64,000 bases of DNA from Bacteroidota bacterium (GTDB lineage: Bacteria > Bacteroidota > Bacteroidia > UKL13-3). The stretch is taken from positions 106,229-170,228 of the forward strand of contig JAAFJM010000005.1 in NCBI GenBank assembly GCA_013298895.1, written 5' to 3'. This document shows, in pieces, positions 29,126 to 39,650 of this stretch (its first letter is position 1; each line of letters starts with the position of its first letter). Both the position numbers and the translations under genes were made by a program. The notes beneath the pieces are model-generated. The model saw nothing but the letters and a program-made list of their open reading frames with translations, ran no database searches and was not told the DNA's origin.

Positions 29126-29956
29126 ATGACAAACTACCTAGATTATCAATTTGAAGACAGTGAAACCTTCATCAATACTTTTGATGAAGCGCCCTTATGG
29201 AGTGCCTCTTTTGGACTTTTGCTTCTGAAACACTTAGAACTAAAACCAAATCAATTTGTGGTTGATATTGGTTCGGGTGCTGGTTTCCCATTGTTAGAAT
29301 TAGCAGGAAGGATGGGTAGTTCATGTAAATTATTTGGTATTGATACATGGAACAACGCTAACCAAAGAGCTAAGCAAAAAATAAAAGATTACAATTATTC
29401 TAATATTGAAATCATAGAATGTTCTGCGCATAAAATGCCATTTGAAAATAATTCCATCGACCTTATAATTTCGAATTTAGGAATTAATAATTTTGATACT
29501 CCTTCTGATGTTTTCATGGAATGCAACAGGGTATTAAAACCTAAAGGTAAGCTAGCATTAACCACTAATATTAATGGGCATTGGAAGGAATTTTATCAGG
29601 TATTTTATGCCTCCCTGATACAAATAGGCAAGTCTAATTTGATTGAGAAACTGGAACATGAAGAAGCCCACAGAGGTAACATACAAAGTGTTTCAGAATT
29701 ATTTATTCAGAGTGGATTTAGAATAAGCAAAACTATAGAAGATAGTTTTGTAATGAAATTTGTAGATGGAACGGCCTTTTTGAACCATCATTTTGTTAAG
29801 TTAGGTTGGCTTTCATCATGGACTAATCTTTTTTCAAAAGAGGATTTGCAAGATATATTTACAGTATTACAAAATAATTTAAATATTTATTCTCAAGAAA
29901 ATGATGGACTGAATTTAACTGTTCCCATGTTATTTATAGAAGGAGAAAAACAATGA
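29126..29956 (+). CDS. Class I SAM-dependent methyltransferase
   Basis: VVDIGSGAGFPLLELAGRMG motif I, LISNLGINNF, VLKPKGKLAL post-I motifs. Confidence 0.7.
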   Translation: MTNYLDYQFEDSETFINTFDEAPLWSASFGLLLLKHLELKPNQFVVDIGSGAGFPLLELAGRMGSSCKLFGIDTWNNANQRAKQKIKDYNYSNIEIIECSAHKMPFENNSIDLIISNLGINNFDTPSDVFMECNRVLKPKGKLALTTNINGHWKEFYQVFYASLIQIGKSNLIEKLEHEEAHRGNIQSVSELFIQSGFRISKTIEDSFVMKFVDGTAFLNHHFVKLGWLSSWTNLFSKEDLQDIFTVLQNNLNIYSQENDGLNLTVPMLFIEGEKQ

Positions 29957-30801
29957 AAAATAAAATCATCCAATTAATTATCGCAGTATTGCTATTATTA
30001 AACAATGGTAATGTTTTAGCACAAGTAAAAATTCCTTATGGAGATAATAAAGAAGTAGGCAAATATGTTACTTTAAACGGAGCCAAACATTATTACGAAG
30101 TATATGGAAATGGAACACCATTACTGCTGATACATGGCAATTCAACTCCCACACGAGGCTGGGCACCACAAATTAAATATTTTTCAAAAAAGTATAAAGT
30201 GTATTCCATTGATTGCCGCGGACGAGGTAAATCAGAATTAGGCAAAGACTCCTTAACTTATATACAACAAGCCAAAGATATGGCTGAATTCATCAAGGAA
30301 ATGAAATTAGATTCGGTGTATATTGTTGGCAAAAGCGATGGCGGAATCATAGCCATTTTATTGGGAATTTATTACCCTGAAAAAATTAAGAAAATGGTGG
30401 CTTTTGGCGCAAACATGGAACCTGATAGCAATGCCTTATACCCCAATACAGTGATTGAATGCCATGATGAACGAGTAAAAGCTGATAGAATATTAGCCAA
30501 AGGCGATACCACTAAAAACTGGCTAATAGAGCAACAACGTTATAGAATGATGGAATTTCAACCACATATAACTGCTAAAGATTTACAAACAATAAATGTT
30601 CCTATTTTGGTGATGTCAACTGATAGAGATTTAATAAAAGAAGAACATACTTTATTTATCTACAAAAATATTCCTAAAGCCAACTTATGCATTGTGCCAA
30701 ACGAAAAGCATGGAATAGCAAAGCTCAATCCTGATTTGTTTAATGCCATTGTTGACAAATATTTAAGCGAAAGCTATAAAGGGAATGAATTCCGCTATTA
30801 A
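29953..30801 (+). CDS. Alpha/beta-hydrolase fold protein (secreted)
   Basis: Signal peptide. LLLIHGNS ... IVGKSDGGIIA is the G-x-S-x-G nucleophile elbow variant. Late His (NEKHGIA). Confidence 0.65.
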   Translation: MKNKIIQLIIAVLLLLNNGNVLAQVKIPYGDNKEVGKYVTLNGAKHYYEVYGNGTPLLLIHGNSTPTRGWAPQIKYFSKKYKVYSIDCRGRGKSELGKDSLTYIQQAKDMAEFIKEMKLDSVYIVGKSDGGIIAILLGIYYPEKIKKMVAFGANMEPDSNALYPNTVIECHDERVKADRILAKGDTTKNWLIEQQRYRMMEFQPHITAKDLQTINVPILVMSTDRDLIKEEHTLFIYKNIPKANLCIVPNEKHGIAKLNPDLFNAIVDKYLSESYKGNEFRY

Positions 30802-30813
30802 GAATTATTTTGA

Positions 30814-31911
30814 ATGAAAATAGGTAAACTCTTTTTTATTTTACTTTGCTTTTTTTACACAGCAAAAGCACAATCTATTGACAAAATTCAATTTATATTG
30901 GATAGTGCTTATGCTAAATCTGTATTTTATGGCAATGTTCTAATTACTCAAAATAATCAAATACTTCTTGAAAAAAGTTATGGTTATGCCGATGCAACAA
31001 AGCAAGAGCCATTAACAAACAAAAACGCCTTTCAAGTGGCTTCTATTTCAAAGCAATTCACGGCTTACGCCATTATGATTTGCCAACATAAAGGACTTTT
31101 GCATATAGATAGTTTGGCTAGTAAATACTTGCCAACTTTCCCATATAAAAACATACGCGTAAAACATTTGCTTAACCATTCATCGGGGCTACCTAACTTT
31201 TGGGATCAAATAAGGCCTAATTTAGACACTTTGAAGGCAAATGGCAATAATGATGTGTTGGATTATTTAATAGCGCATCCTTTGCCCTTACAATTTGAGC
31301 CAGGCACTAAGTTTCAATATTGCGATATAGGCTATGATTTTTTAGCTAATATCATTGAAAATGTTTCAGGACAAACTTATCAAGTCTTTATGCATAATAA
31401 TATTTTCAAGCCGCTCAAGATGAAGAATACTTATGCTTATATGGTAACTGATATAAGTAGAATTAATAATAAAAATTTAGCCATTGGACATACTTTGGTA
31501 AAAGGAAAATTGGAATATGCACACCTCCAACCCCAAAATAATTTTGTAAGTTACTTAGGTAATTTTTATGGAGATGGCTCTATGGTAACTACTGCTAATG
31601 ATTTAGCATTATGGAGTTATGCCTTAAAAAATTGCACATTATTACCTTGCGATTTACAAGCATTAACAATGGACTCCAGCATTTTTGTGAGAGAAAATAT
31701 TAACTATGGTTTGGGATGGCTTGTAAAAAATACACCCACTGGAAAATTACTTTATCATACAGGCGGGCACCCTGGCAATTTACATGTCATTTATAGAATT
31801 CCTGAAAGTAACATTACTTTTATTTTCTTGTCAAATGCCGAAACTGCTAATCACAGAGCAATAAGAAATAGGGTTTTGGACTTGTTAAACCAATATGTCA
31901 AAATATACTAA
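30814..31911 (+). CDS. Serine hydrolase of the beta-lactamase/transpeptidase family
   Basis: Signal peptide. FQVASISKQFTAYAI is the S-x-x-K active site. HSSGL, and HTGGHPG is a KTG-like variant. Confidence 0.75.
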   Translation: MKIGKLFFILLCFFYTAKAQSIDKIQFILDSAYAKSVFYGNVLITQNNQILLEKSYGYADATKQEPLTNKNAFQVASISKQFTAYAIMICQHKGLLHIDSLASKYLPTFPYKNIRVKHLLNHSSGLPNFWDQIRPNLDTLKANGNNDVLDYLIAHPLPLQFEPGTKFQYCDIGYDFLANIIENVSGQTYQVFMHNNIFKPLKMKNTYAYMVTDISRINNKNLAIGHTLVKGKLEYAHLQPQNNFVSYLGNFYGDGSMVTTANDLALWSYALKNCTLLPCDLQALTMDSSIFVRENINYGLGWLVKNTPTGKLLYHTGGHPGNLHVIYRIPESNITFIFLSNAETANHRAIRNRVLDLLNQYVKIY

Positions 31912-31921
31912 CTAGCTAAAA

Positions 31922-31961
31922 AATAAAAGCCAAACATTAACTTATGTATGGCTTTTATTTT
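31922..31961. terminator. Bidirectional rho-independent terminator
   Basis: AAGCCAAACA...TGTATGGCTT hairpin with flanking A/T runs, between the convergent genes ending at 31911 and 31968. Confidence 0.55.
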
Positions 31962-31967
31962 GAAAAA

Positions 31968-32930
31968 CTAATAACTAACTACAGCTTGTTTATTATCGTT
32001 GCGTATGTTGGTCCAAACAACTTTATAACCATAAGGACAACCACTTGAAACAACAGCCCCTGATTGGTCAACGCCATAGGTAACTGTTATTTCTCTAGCA
32101 ATTTTTTTATGTGATTTAATACCACTAACCGGAACCCAACTTCCATTAAAACAATTACTATTTTTTGTAAAAACAATTGTTTGAGTAATTATGGTATTGA
32201 ATGGATTACCAAATCTGTTTGTTCCAGCCACAGCTATATTATTCACTCCATCAATACTTTCAAAACCAGAAACTTTAAGGGTAGGTACACCAGTTTCCGA
32301 TATCAAAATTTCACGTTTAAGATAAACAGACCAAAATCTTTGAGTACTATCTTCAAAAGTAACAATCATATTACCTCTAATTGCATGTAACACGCTGGTA
32401 CCACCTGCTGTTAGCATATTAACCAATCCACCATTTAAATTACTCATCATATGTGTTCCATTTAAAACAATTGATTTATTAGTACTATTATTTCTAACCA
32501 ATAAATTATTAAAAGTAATGGTAACCATAGCGTTAACATCTCTCCATTTTGAACCTGAGGTTAATTGAATCACAATTTGCCCACTTCTAAATTTGGTTCC
32601 ATTGGCATTATTACCATTATAATTAATAACGTACATTTTTTCTGCCACAATTGAATCAATAGTAGCACCTGCAATAGAAAATCCTTTTCCTAAATTAGAT
32701 GCTCCCATGTAAGCATTAACATCATCTAGTGATGCTTCAGTTTCTTTTGTAACACTTGCTTCATCAGAAGAATGTTGAATTTGGGAAGCAGTATCGTCCG
32801 AAAAATCATCACTATTTTTTTTCTTACATGCCTGAAATCCTAATACTGATATAATAATCAACCCTAATAAAAGCTTGTTTTTTAACGTTTTCATATATTC
32901 AATTTTTAATTTATTTCTATTGTGTTGCAC
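31968..32930 (-). CDS. Hypothetical lipoprotein
   Basis: Lipoprotein signal (GFQACKK). Ser/Asp-rich linker. No recognised domain. Confidence 0.4.
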   Translation of the reverse strand: MQHNRNKLKIEYMKTLKNKLLLGLIIISVLGFQACKKKNSDDFSDDTASQIQHSSDEASVTKETEASLDDVNAYMGASNLGKGFSIAGATIDSIVAEKMYVINYNGNNANGTKFRSGQIVIQLTSGSKWRDVNAMVTITFNNLLVRNNSTNKSIVLNGTHMMSNLNGGLVNMLTAGGTSVLHAIRGNMIVTFEDSTQRFWSVYLKREILISETGVPTLKVSGFESIDGVNNIAVAGTNRFGNPFNTIITQTIVFTKNSNCFNGSWVPVSGIKSHKKIAREITVTYGVDQSGAVVSSGCPYGYKVVWTNIRNDNKQAVVSY

Positions 32931-32964
32931 TTAACTTTAAAAGGTTGAATTCAATGAATATTTT

Positions 32965-35900
32965 TTATAATTCTATTACCACATCATCTTGCGCAACTAA
33001 GCTGCCTGGTTTTAATAAAATAGCTTTTACTTTACCTGCAAATGGAGCCACTACAGTACTTTCCATTTTCATAGCTTCTATGGCAAACAATGGGGTGTTT
33101 TTTTCAATTTCATCGCCAACAGACACCATTATTTTAGATAGTTTACCTTGTAATGGTGCACCAATTTCATTTTCCGAACTAACCTTTTTATTGGTTAAAG
33201 CAGTAACTTTAAAATTTCTATCTTTAACATCAATGGCCCTTGTTTGTCCATTAAGCTTAAAAAACACGCTTCTTATTCCATGCTCATCCGATTCGGTTAT
33301 ATACATCATTTTAACCAAGATACTCTTACCCGGAGCAAGCTCTATTAAGGTTTCTTCATCAGCATTTAAACCATAGAAAAAGGCTGTGGTGGGCAAATAA
33401 TACACATCGCCATATTGCTCTCTATGTGCTGCATATTCTTCAAAAACCTTTGGATAAAACAAATAACTCAATAAATCTAAGAAGGTATATTCATTGCCAA
33501 ATTTAGCTTTAAAATCATCAAATGCTTTATCAAAATCAATGGGCTGCATGTGTTCATTTGGTCTTGATGTATAAGGAACTACATCTTTCAAAACCAATTT
33601 TTGCAAAGGTTTTGGAAAACCACCTTCGGGCTGACCTAAATCGCCTTTTAACAATCCAATTACACTATCGGGAAACGAAATACTATCGCCATTGGCAAAA
33701 ATATCAACTTTATTATAACCGTTAGCAGTCATAAATAAAGCCATATCGCCCACCACTTTGCTTGATGGGGTAACTTTTATGATATCGCCAAACAATTCGT
33801 TTGCTACCACATAATTTTTCTTAATGGTTTCAAATTGATCTTCTAATCCTAATCCACGAGCTTGCGGACGCAAGTTTGAATATTGTCCACCCGGAATTTC
33901 ATGGTCGTAAACTTCTGCTGTACCAGCTTTTAACTCACTTTCAAAAGGATAATACCATTCGCGAACATCTTCCCAATAATTACTAAATTCATTGAGTTTA
34001 GGTAAGTTTATTTTGCATTCTCTCTCCTGCCCTTCCATCATAGCAACTATAGAGTTAAAATTAGGTTGCGATGTTAAACCACTCATACTAGCCAAACATA
34101 CATCTACTATATCCACTCCCGCTTCAATGGCTTTTAAATAAGTAGCAGGTTGAATGCTGCTGGTATCGTGCGTATGTAAGTGAATTGGAATATCAATGCT
34201 CTTTTTAAGTTCAGTAATTAATATTTGCGCTTGGTATGGTTTAAGTAAACCTGCCATATCTTTTATGCCTAAAATATGTGCCCCAGCATCTTCTAATCGT
34301 TTAGCTAAATCAAGATAATAATTGAGGTTAAATTTTTTATTTTTTTCATTATTTAAAAAATCGCCACTATAGCAAATACAAGCTTCTGCAATTCCATTGG
34401 TGCGTTCGTTAATGGCATTGATAGAAACCTTCATGCCATCTAGCCAATTCAAAGAATCAAACACACGGAATACATCAATGCCATACTCCCAACTTTTCTC
34501 TATAAATTTTTCTACCAAGTTATCAGGATAAGCTGTGTAGCCAACTGCGTTTGCGCCACGAATTAACATTTGGAAAAGTGTATTTGGAATGGCTTCGCGC
34601 AATAGTTGCAAACGTTGCCATGGGTCTTCATGTAAAAAACGTAAGGCAACATCAAAAGTTGCTCCTCCCCACATTTCTAAACTAAATAATTCAGGATGAT
34701 TCTTAGCAAAACTTTCCGCTACTTTCAGCATATCGATGGTACGAACTCTGGTAGCTAATAAACTTTGATGAGCATCTCTAAAAGTAGTGTCGGTATAAAG
34801 TATTTGAGGATTGTTTTTAATACTTTCAATAAACTTAGGTCGGCCTAATTCGTTTAATAAATCTTTAGTTCCTTTTGGATAAGGTGCATACTTATCAAAA
34901 CTTGGCACATTAGGGTGACGAAACTGTGCATTAGGATTGATGTATTTTACATCCTCATTTCCATTAACTACAATGTTAGCAAGGTATTTTAAAGTTTTTG
35001 TACCGCTATCTTTACGCTTACTAAAAACAAATAAATTGGGGTTATCTTGAATAAAATTAACAGTACATTTCCCTGCTATAAAAGTAGGATGGCGTAATAC
35101 ATTTTCTAAAAATGCAATATTGGTTTTAACACCTCTAATTCTAAACTCAGACAATACCCTAATTAAACGCTCGCAGGTTTCGGGCAATGAACGACCTTTG
35201 GCAGTTACTTTAACCAAAAGCGAATCGAAAAAAGGCGATATTTTTACCCCAGGATAACTACTTCCTTCATCTAACCTAATACCATGTCCGCCCGCATTTC
35301 TGTATGCTATAATGGTTCCATAATCAGGTTGAAAATTATTGGCTGCATCTTCTGTTGTTATGCGGCATTGAATGGCAAAACCTTCGTAGGAAACATCAGC
35401 TTGGCTTTTAATATTTATTTCGGGCGAATCTAACCTGCAACCTTTGGCGATTAATAATTGATTTTTTACAATATCAACACCTGTAATTTCCTCGGTAACG
35501 GTATGTTCCACTTGTATGCGTGGATTTACTTCTATAAAAAATACATTTTCGTCTTTATCCACTAAAAACTCAACTGTACCTACATTATTATAATTTACTT
35601 TTTTGCAAATGGCTACAGCATAATCATACAACTTCTGCTTGGTTTCAGCTTTTAAACTTGGGCTTGGCGCCATTTCCACCACTTTTTGAAACCTGCGTTG
35701 CACAGAACAATCACGTTCAAATAAATGGATTAAATTTCCATAATTATCGCCCATAATTTGCACTTCAATGTGCTTAGGTTGGTCAATAAATTTTTCGAAG
35801 AAAATAGTACCATCCCCAAAAGCTACTTGAGCTTCGTTTTTTGCTTCATTAAACTGCTGTTCTAAATCAGCCATATTGCGCAATACACGCATACCTCGTC

Positions 35901-36393
35901 CGCCACCACCAGCAGCAGCTTTTATCATAATTGGCAAACCAATTCGAGTAGCTTCCTGCTGTGCAATGGCAACATTGGTTAAATCAACTTTACTATCTTC
36001 AATAATGGGAACTTGTGCTTCAATGGCTACTTTTTTAGCCATTACTTTATCACCAAGGTTAAGCATTACTTGTGGCTCAGGACCAACAAATACAATGCCT
36101 TCCTCTTTACAACGTTGGGCAAACTGAGCATTTTCACTTAAAAAACCATAACCAGGATGTATGCCATCTACTTCATACAATTTGGCTATTCTAATTATCT
36201 CTTCTATATCTAAATAAGGTTTTAAAGGTTCGCTTTCATCGCCTATTTGGTAGCTTTCGTCAGCTTTATACCTATGCAATGAATACCTGTCTTCGTAAGT
36301 ATATACAGCTACAGTTTTGATATGTAACTCATTTGCTGCACGCAGCACGCGAATGGCAATTTCGCCTCGATTAGCCACCAATAATTTTTTCAT
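32965..36393 (-). CDS. pyc: Pyruvate carboxylase (biotin carboxylase + carboxyltransferase + biotinyl carrier domains)
   Basis: N-terminal biotin carboxylase (MKKLLVANRGEIAIRV..), central HMGL-like carboxyltransferase (HLHTHDTSS), C-terminal biotinylation motif EAMKME. 1142 aa. Confidence 0.92.
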   Translation of the reverse strand: MKKLLVANRGEIAIRVLRAANELHIKTVAVYTYEDRYSLHRYKADESYQIGDESEPLKPYLDIEEIIRIAKLYEVDGIHPGYGFLSENAQFAQRCKEEGIVFVGPEPQVMLNLGDKVMAKKVAIEAQVPIIEDSKVDLTNVAIAQQEATRIGLPIMIKAAAGGGGRGMRVLRNMADLEQQFNEAKNEAQVAFGDGTIFFEKFIDQPKHIEVQIMGDNYGNLIHLFERDCSVQRRFQKVVEMAPSPSLKAETKQKLYDYAVAICKKVNYNNVGTVEFLVDKDENVFFIEVNPRIQVEHTVTEEITGVDIVKNQLLIAKGCRLDSPEINIKSQADVSYEGFAIQCRITTEDAANNFQPDYGTIIAYRNAGGHGIRLDEGSSYPGVKISPFFDSLLVKVTAKGRSLPETCERLIRVLSEFRIRGVKTNIAFLENVLRHPTFIAGKCTVNFIQDNPNLFVFSKRKDSGTKTLKYLANIVVNGNEDVKYINPNAQFRHPNVPSFDKYAPYPKGTKDLLNELGRPKFIESIKNNPQILYTDTTFRDAHQSLLATRVRTIDMLKVAESFAKNHPELFSLEMWGGATFDVALRFLHEDPWQRLQLLREAIPNTLFQMLIRGANAVGYTAYPDNLVEKFIEKSWEYGIDVFRVFDSLNWLDGMKVSINAINERTNGIAEACICYSGDFLNNEKNKKFNLNYYLDLAKRLEDAGAHILGIKDMAGLLKPYQAQILITELKKSIDIPIHLHTHDTSSIQPATYLKAIEAGVDIVDVCLASMSGLTSQPNFNSIVAMMEGQERECKINLPKLNEFSNYWEDVREWYYPFESELKAGTAEVYDHEIPGGQYSNLRPQARGLGLEDQFETIKKNYVVANELFGDIIKVTPSSKVVGDMALFMTANGYNKVDIFANGDSISFPDSVIGLLKGDLGQPEGGFPKPLQKLVLKDVVPYTSRPNEHMQPIDFDKAFDDFKAKFGNEYTFLDLLSYLFYPKVFEEYAAHREQYGDVYYLPTTAFFYGLNADEETLIELAPGKSILVKMMYITESDEHGIRSVFFKLNGQTRAIDVKDRNFKVTALTNKKVSSENEIGAPLQGKLSKIMVSVGDEIEKNTPLFAIEAMKMESTVVAPFAGKVKAILLKPGSLVAQDDVVIEL

Positions 36394-36572
36394 AACGGAG
36401 TAGTAAATAATATAAGCAAATTATAAAAATAATTGTACAAAAAAAGGAAACTTTATATAATCAAATTGTGAATTGTATAATTATTGACTTACAACAAAAT
36501 AAACTTGGTAAATTAGAATAGTGGTGGCAATAAAATTTTATTTTAGTCTTAAACTATTTTATGTTTTTTTGA

Positions 36573-37160
36573 ATGAACAAAATTACTCGAATGAATCCAA
36601 AATATATAAATGAATTTCCATACAATATTATATTTGATGAAGAACTTGATGAACGTTCCATAAGTGATACACTGATTGATACTATTTACAGCGATAATAG
36701 AACTAGGTATTTTAATAAATACTTTAAACAAACAAGCGAGTTTTTATACCCTTCCAATCATAAACTAAAACATAGAATAGCAGAGCAAAACATTAATAAA
36801 ATTTCTTTCATAATATTTGGCTTGGCTGTTATAGGCTGTATTTGCTATAACAATTGGGGTAAAGCTGATTACGAAAATATAATTCCTCAGTACCTACTTT
36901 TATTTATTATTCCTTACTTAGGTATTTTATCAATAATTAAACGCCTCGGAATAAAAACTGGATTGGTATTTATATTTGATGAAAATAGCTTTACCATTGA
37001 AGATCGAAGTTATGAAAGGATACAAGAATTTAAATACAACGAAATAATTGATGTACTCATCGTTCAAAGGCCTTCCGATAGTAAATTCAGTGGAACTTAT
37101 TTAATAATTATTGACAAAGACAAAGTATGTTACAGGTTTAACGTGAGCAATTTTAGCTAA
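36573..37160 (+). CDS. Hypothetical membrane protein
   Basis: Two central hydrophobic helices. No homology recognised. Confidence 0.35.
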   Translation: MNKITRMNPKYINEFPYNIIFDEELDERSISDTLIDTIYSDNRTRYFNKYFKQTSEFLYPSNHKLKHRIAEQNINKISFIIFGLAVIGCICYNNWGKADYENIIPQYLLLFIIPYLGILSIIKRLGIKTGLVFIFDENSFTIEDRSYERIQEFKYNEIIDVLIVQRPSDSKFSGTYLIIIDKDKVCYRFNVSNFS

Positions 37161-37282
37161 GGCATTTTGGCTAATAACATAGAAGCTAGAATTAAACGAA
37201 CAACTCATTAAATATTACTTTTCTTATTAATTTTAGGAAAGTATTATTTAATACCTACCTTTCAGCCCTTATTTTAAATAAA

Positions 37283-37792
37283 ATGGCAATAGAAGCAAAT
37301 AAGGTTGTTACTTTAAATTACAAGTTATCGAACCACAAAACAGGAGAAAAAATTGAAGAAACGACTCCAGAACATCCAATGGTATTTTTATTTGGCACAG
37401 GAGCTGTAATACCTGAGTTTGAAATAAACCTACATGGTAAAAACATTGGCGATACTTTTGAATTCTCCATTGAATCGGCAAATGCTTATGGCAATCCAAA
37501 TCCAAACGAAATAGTTCAAATTCCGGTTGATGCATTTTTAGATGAAGATGGAAACATGGAAACTGAATATGTATATGTTGGTGCTGTTGTTCCTATGAAC
37601 GATGAGGAAGGAAACCAACTTACTGGAACTGTATTGGCTATTACTAATACTTATGTAGAAATGGATTTTAACCATCCTTTAGCTGGAACTGACTTAAAAT
37701 TTGAAGGTGAAATAGTTGGTATTAGAGAAGCTACTGCCGATGAATTATCTCATGGGCACGCTCATGGCGCTGATGGACACGCACACCACTAA
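37283..37792 (+). CDS. slyD: FKBP-type peptidyl-prolyl cis-trans isomerase SlyD
   Basis: FKBP fold with IF-domain insertion and a C-terminal His-rich metal-binding tail HGHAHGADGHAHH. Confidence 0.8.
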   Translation: MAIEANKVVTLNYKLSNHKTGEKIEETTPEHPMVFLFGTGAVIPEFEINLHGKNIGDTFEFSIESANAYGNPNPNEIVQIPVDAFLDEDGNMETEYVYVGAVVPMNDEEGNQLTGTVLAITNTYVEMDFNHPLAGTDLKFEGEIVGIREATADELSHGHAHGADGHAHH

Positions 37793-37852
37793 ACAAACTA
37801 TTTGTTGAAAAAATACCACTAATTTAAAGGCAATAAAAGTTATTGAGTATCA

Positions 37853-37890
37853 AAAGGGCTGTTTTCTGAATTGAAAATAGCCCTTTTTTG
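37853..37890 (+). terminator. Rho-independent terminator after slyD
   Basis: AAAGGGCTGTTTTC-tgaattg-AAAATAGCCCTTT hairpin (one G:U wobble) followed by a T-run. Confidence 0.6.
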
Positions 37891-38319
37891 ATTTAAAGCC
37901 TAATTACCATTGATTAGATATTATAAACTATTTGAAATTTAAACTTTATTAAATTAAAATCTTTAACATCCATTCTTTTTACATAAAATAGAATTAGACT
38001 TTTGATAGACTTTTTTAATAAAAAACTAATTTTCAATAAAATAAATAATCAAATATTAAAGTAAAATATAATTAAACAATAACACCAAAAAGTGACTAAA
38101 AATGAAAAAAATTAACCATTTTATGTAAAATCATCAAATTGAAATTTTCATTTAAAAAAATACAAAGTATAAGTGTTAATTTTAAGCATTTAAAAAAAAA
38201 TGATATGAAAACAAAGAAGGTGTGTCAAAATTGGGAAGTAAATTGTATTGAATAATGTTTACATTACTAAAAATTAATAAACTCATATAAAAACACTTTG
38301 ACAAATTAAATTACTTATT

Positions 38320-38760
38320 ATGTTTGACTCTGCAACATTGATAAGTATTGCCCGAACACAAATGAATTTACCCGTTACTTTCGATTCTTCCTATGTAAAT
38401 TATGGTTTGGTATCGTTTGGCGGAACCGATTCTACAATTGTTGTTCACCCAACTAATTCTGAAAATCAAGTTGCCAAAGTGATTAAAATCAATACTGCCG
38501 AAGTTTGGGCAGGAACTACCATTTCTATGGCTGTAAATCCTGAACCATGATTTAGTGCAGCTATTCCTTTTACTGCCTCAGAAAATGACGCTAAAGCATA
38601 CGTTTACAATATGTTAGGCGATGAAGTGGTTAGCAAAATTAATTTCCAAACAACGGAATAAGAATTATTAACTTAGATACTCGTTCTTTAAAACAAGGCA
38701 CTTGTTTATTGAAAGTTAAAGCAGGTAATGCTGTTAAAACTATCAAATTCCAAAGAGACT
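38320..38760 (+). pseudogene. Remnant of a T9SS type A C-terminal sorting domain (Por_Secre_tail), frameshifted and with an internal stop
   Basis: Three consecutive short reading frames give ...AKAYVYNMLGDEVVSKINFQ... and ...INLDTRSLKQGTCLLKVKAGNAVKTIKFQRD. These are the hallmark CTD motifs IYN.LG.EV...INLS.L..G.Y.LK.. Only the C-terminal ~120 codons remain, and upstream is 500 bp of AT-rich non-coding DNA. Confidence 0.5.
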
Positions 38761-38870
38761 AGTTTTCAAGTTTTACATATAATTGTAAGAATTAGGTTGG
38801 AGCAATCCGGCCTTTTTCTTTTTAAAATATATACTACTTTTGGCATCGTATTTATATACACCAATCTTAA

Positions 38871-39650
38871 ATGAATATACCTATTCTTAGAACCGTAACT
38901 ATTACACGTTATATAACTCCTCTGCGCGAAGGTGGCTCTTTGCCAGCTTTGGCCGAAGCAGATGATAATTTTAAATATGTACTCAAATTTAATGGTTCTG
39001 GCCATGGTACCAAAGTGTTAGTAGCCGAGTTATTAGGTGGCGAAATTGCCCGTGCCTTGGGTTTACAAGTGCCCGAATTGGTGTTTGCTAATTTACATGA
39101 AGCCTTTGGTCAAACCGAGGCTGACGAAGAAATTCAAGATTTATTGAAGGCTAGCAAGGGGCTTAATTTAGCATTACATTTCTTGTCAGGTTCCATTAAT
39201 TTTGATCCAGCAGTTAAAACCATTGAACCTCACTTAGCTTCCAAAATAGTTTGGCTAGATTCGTTTATTACCAATATGGATAGAACATTCAGAAATACTA
39301 ATATGTTACTGTTTAATAGGGAATTATGGTTAATTGATCATGGGGCAAGTTTTTATTTTCACCATTCAGGAACCGATTGGGAAAATGCTGCTAAAACACC
39401 TTTTGCCATTATTAAAAGCCATGTTTTATTGCCGCAGGCCACAGAATTAACCCTAGTTGACGAGGAAATAAAAAAGGTTTTAACGGTTGATAAACTTACC
39501 GAAATTGTAAATTTAATTCCAGCTGAATGGTTGGTTTGGAACGATACTAATAAAACTCCAGATGAGCTGAAAAACATGTATTTGCAGTTTTTAATTACTC
39601 GCTTGAATCATTCTCACATTTTTATAAACGAAGCTCAAAATGCAAGATAA
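38871..39650 (+). CDS. HipA-like / PI3-4-kinase-fold Ser/Thr kinase, short single-domain form
   Basis: YVLKF is a putative ATP-binding Lys. FITNMDRTFRNTNMLL resembles the HipA/CtkA catalytic loop (D.H.KN). WLIDHGASF is the DFG-equivalent metal-binding motif. Confidence 0.5.
   Translation: MNIPILRTVTITRYITPLREGGSLPALAEADDNFKYVLKFNGSGHGTKVLVAELLGGEIARALGLQVPELVFANLHEAFGQTEADEEIQDLLKASKGLNLALHFLSGSINFDPAVKTIEPHLASKIVWLDSFITNMDRTFRNTNMLLFNRELWLIDHGASFYFHHSGTDWENAAKTPFAIIKSHVLLPQATELTLVDEEIKKVLTVDKLTEIVNLIPAEWLVWNDTNKTPDELKNMYLQFLITRLNHSHIFINEAQNAR

Noticed and set aside
36394-36572. Searched the AT-rich spacers (2011-2194, 23917-24199, 36394-36572, 37800-38320, 40760-41235, 60112-60809) for tRNA, rRNA or riboswitch-like structure
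   Set aside because: No cloverleaf-compatible GC-rich segments or conserved riboswitch cores were recognisable by eye. These appear to be ordinary promoter or spacer DNA.
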